Positions 63,811 to 64,000 of a stretch of 64,000 nt of DNA are shown piece after piece (the stretch's first letter is position 1; each line of letters begins with the position of its first letter). This stretch comes from a virus (Duplodnaviria; Heunggongvirae; Uroviricota; Caudoviricetes): the IMG/VR virus record IMGVR_UViG_2563366911_000001; one strand, 5' to 3'. Below the pieces are notes generated by a model that was not told the DNA's origin, did not search any database, and saw nothing but the letters and a program-made list of their open reading frames with translations. The translations under genes and the position numbers were made by a program.

Positions 63811-64000
63811 ATACCCAAAACGTCATGAGCTACACCTCGAGTGTCCCCCTTACAAGACACAGAACGTCTGGCAAAAAGAGGTTCCACTCTGAAGCCACTG
63901 TCATGATAAAGCTCTCTGATGTTTGGCGCGCCACTGTTAGTAATGAGAACCTTTGCACCTCGACGATGAGCATCCGTCAACAGAGACACCAGGCGTTTTT

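Overview
This window reads as a segment of a P1-family temperate phage-plasmid (Enterobacteriaceae), in reverse orientation relative to the usual P1 map; gene names are assigned from memory of P1 and no database search was run. Directly visible anchors are a perfect 34-bp loxP site (29851-29884) beside a 343-aa Cre-type recombinase, a Phd/Doc addiction pair, a DnaB-type helicase (Ban), an SSB, three tRNAs (Ile2-CAU, Thr-UGU, Asn-GUU), a 7-hexamer TGATCA pac site inside the small terminase gene, and eleven matches to the 17-bp C1 operator ATTGCTCTAATAAATTT. Order along the window: invertible tail-fibre C-segment (Sv-U / U'-Sv') with cin invertase; lydA-lydB-hdf-darA-ddrA-ddrB; an ssb operon with two unknown genes; lyz; pro/prt; darB-ulx-lxc; an AT-rich GNAT island; ref; cre/loxP; coi-c1; pacB-pacA-lpa-phd/doc-humD; a long leftward array of about 30 small genes; a rightward structural/baseplate-like block; ban plus a GT-B glycosyltransferase; plp/upl; and a tRNA region with hairpin repeats. 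No type III res-mod pair, IS element or CRISPR array is present. The strongest candidates for an undescribed system are (1) the leftward operon at 49.7-53.3 kb with two overlapping GT42/DUF115-like paralogs, a DxD protein, a metallophosphatase, a VRR-NUC nuclease and a TraR-like zinc finger, (2) the stand-alone GNAT island at 25.6-27.1 kb, (3) a DUF2829 (Tad2-like) domain protein in the ssb operon, (4) a type-I-toxin-like 45-aa ORF with an upstream structured leader, and (5) the hairpin repeat family around the tRNA genes.
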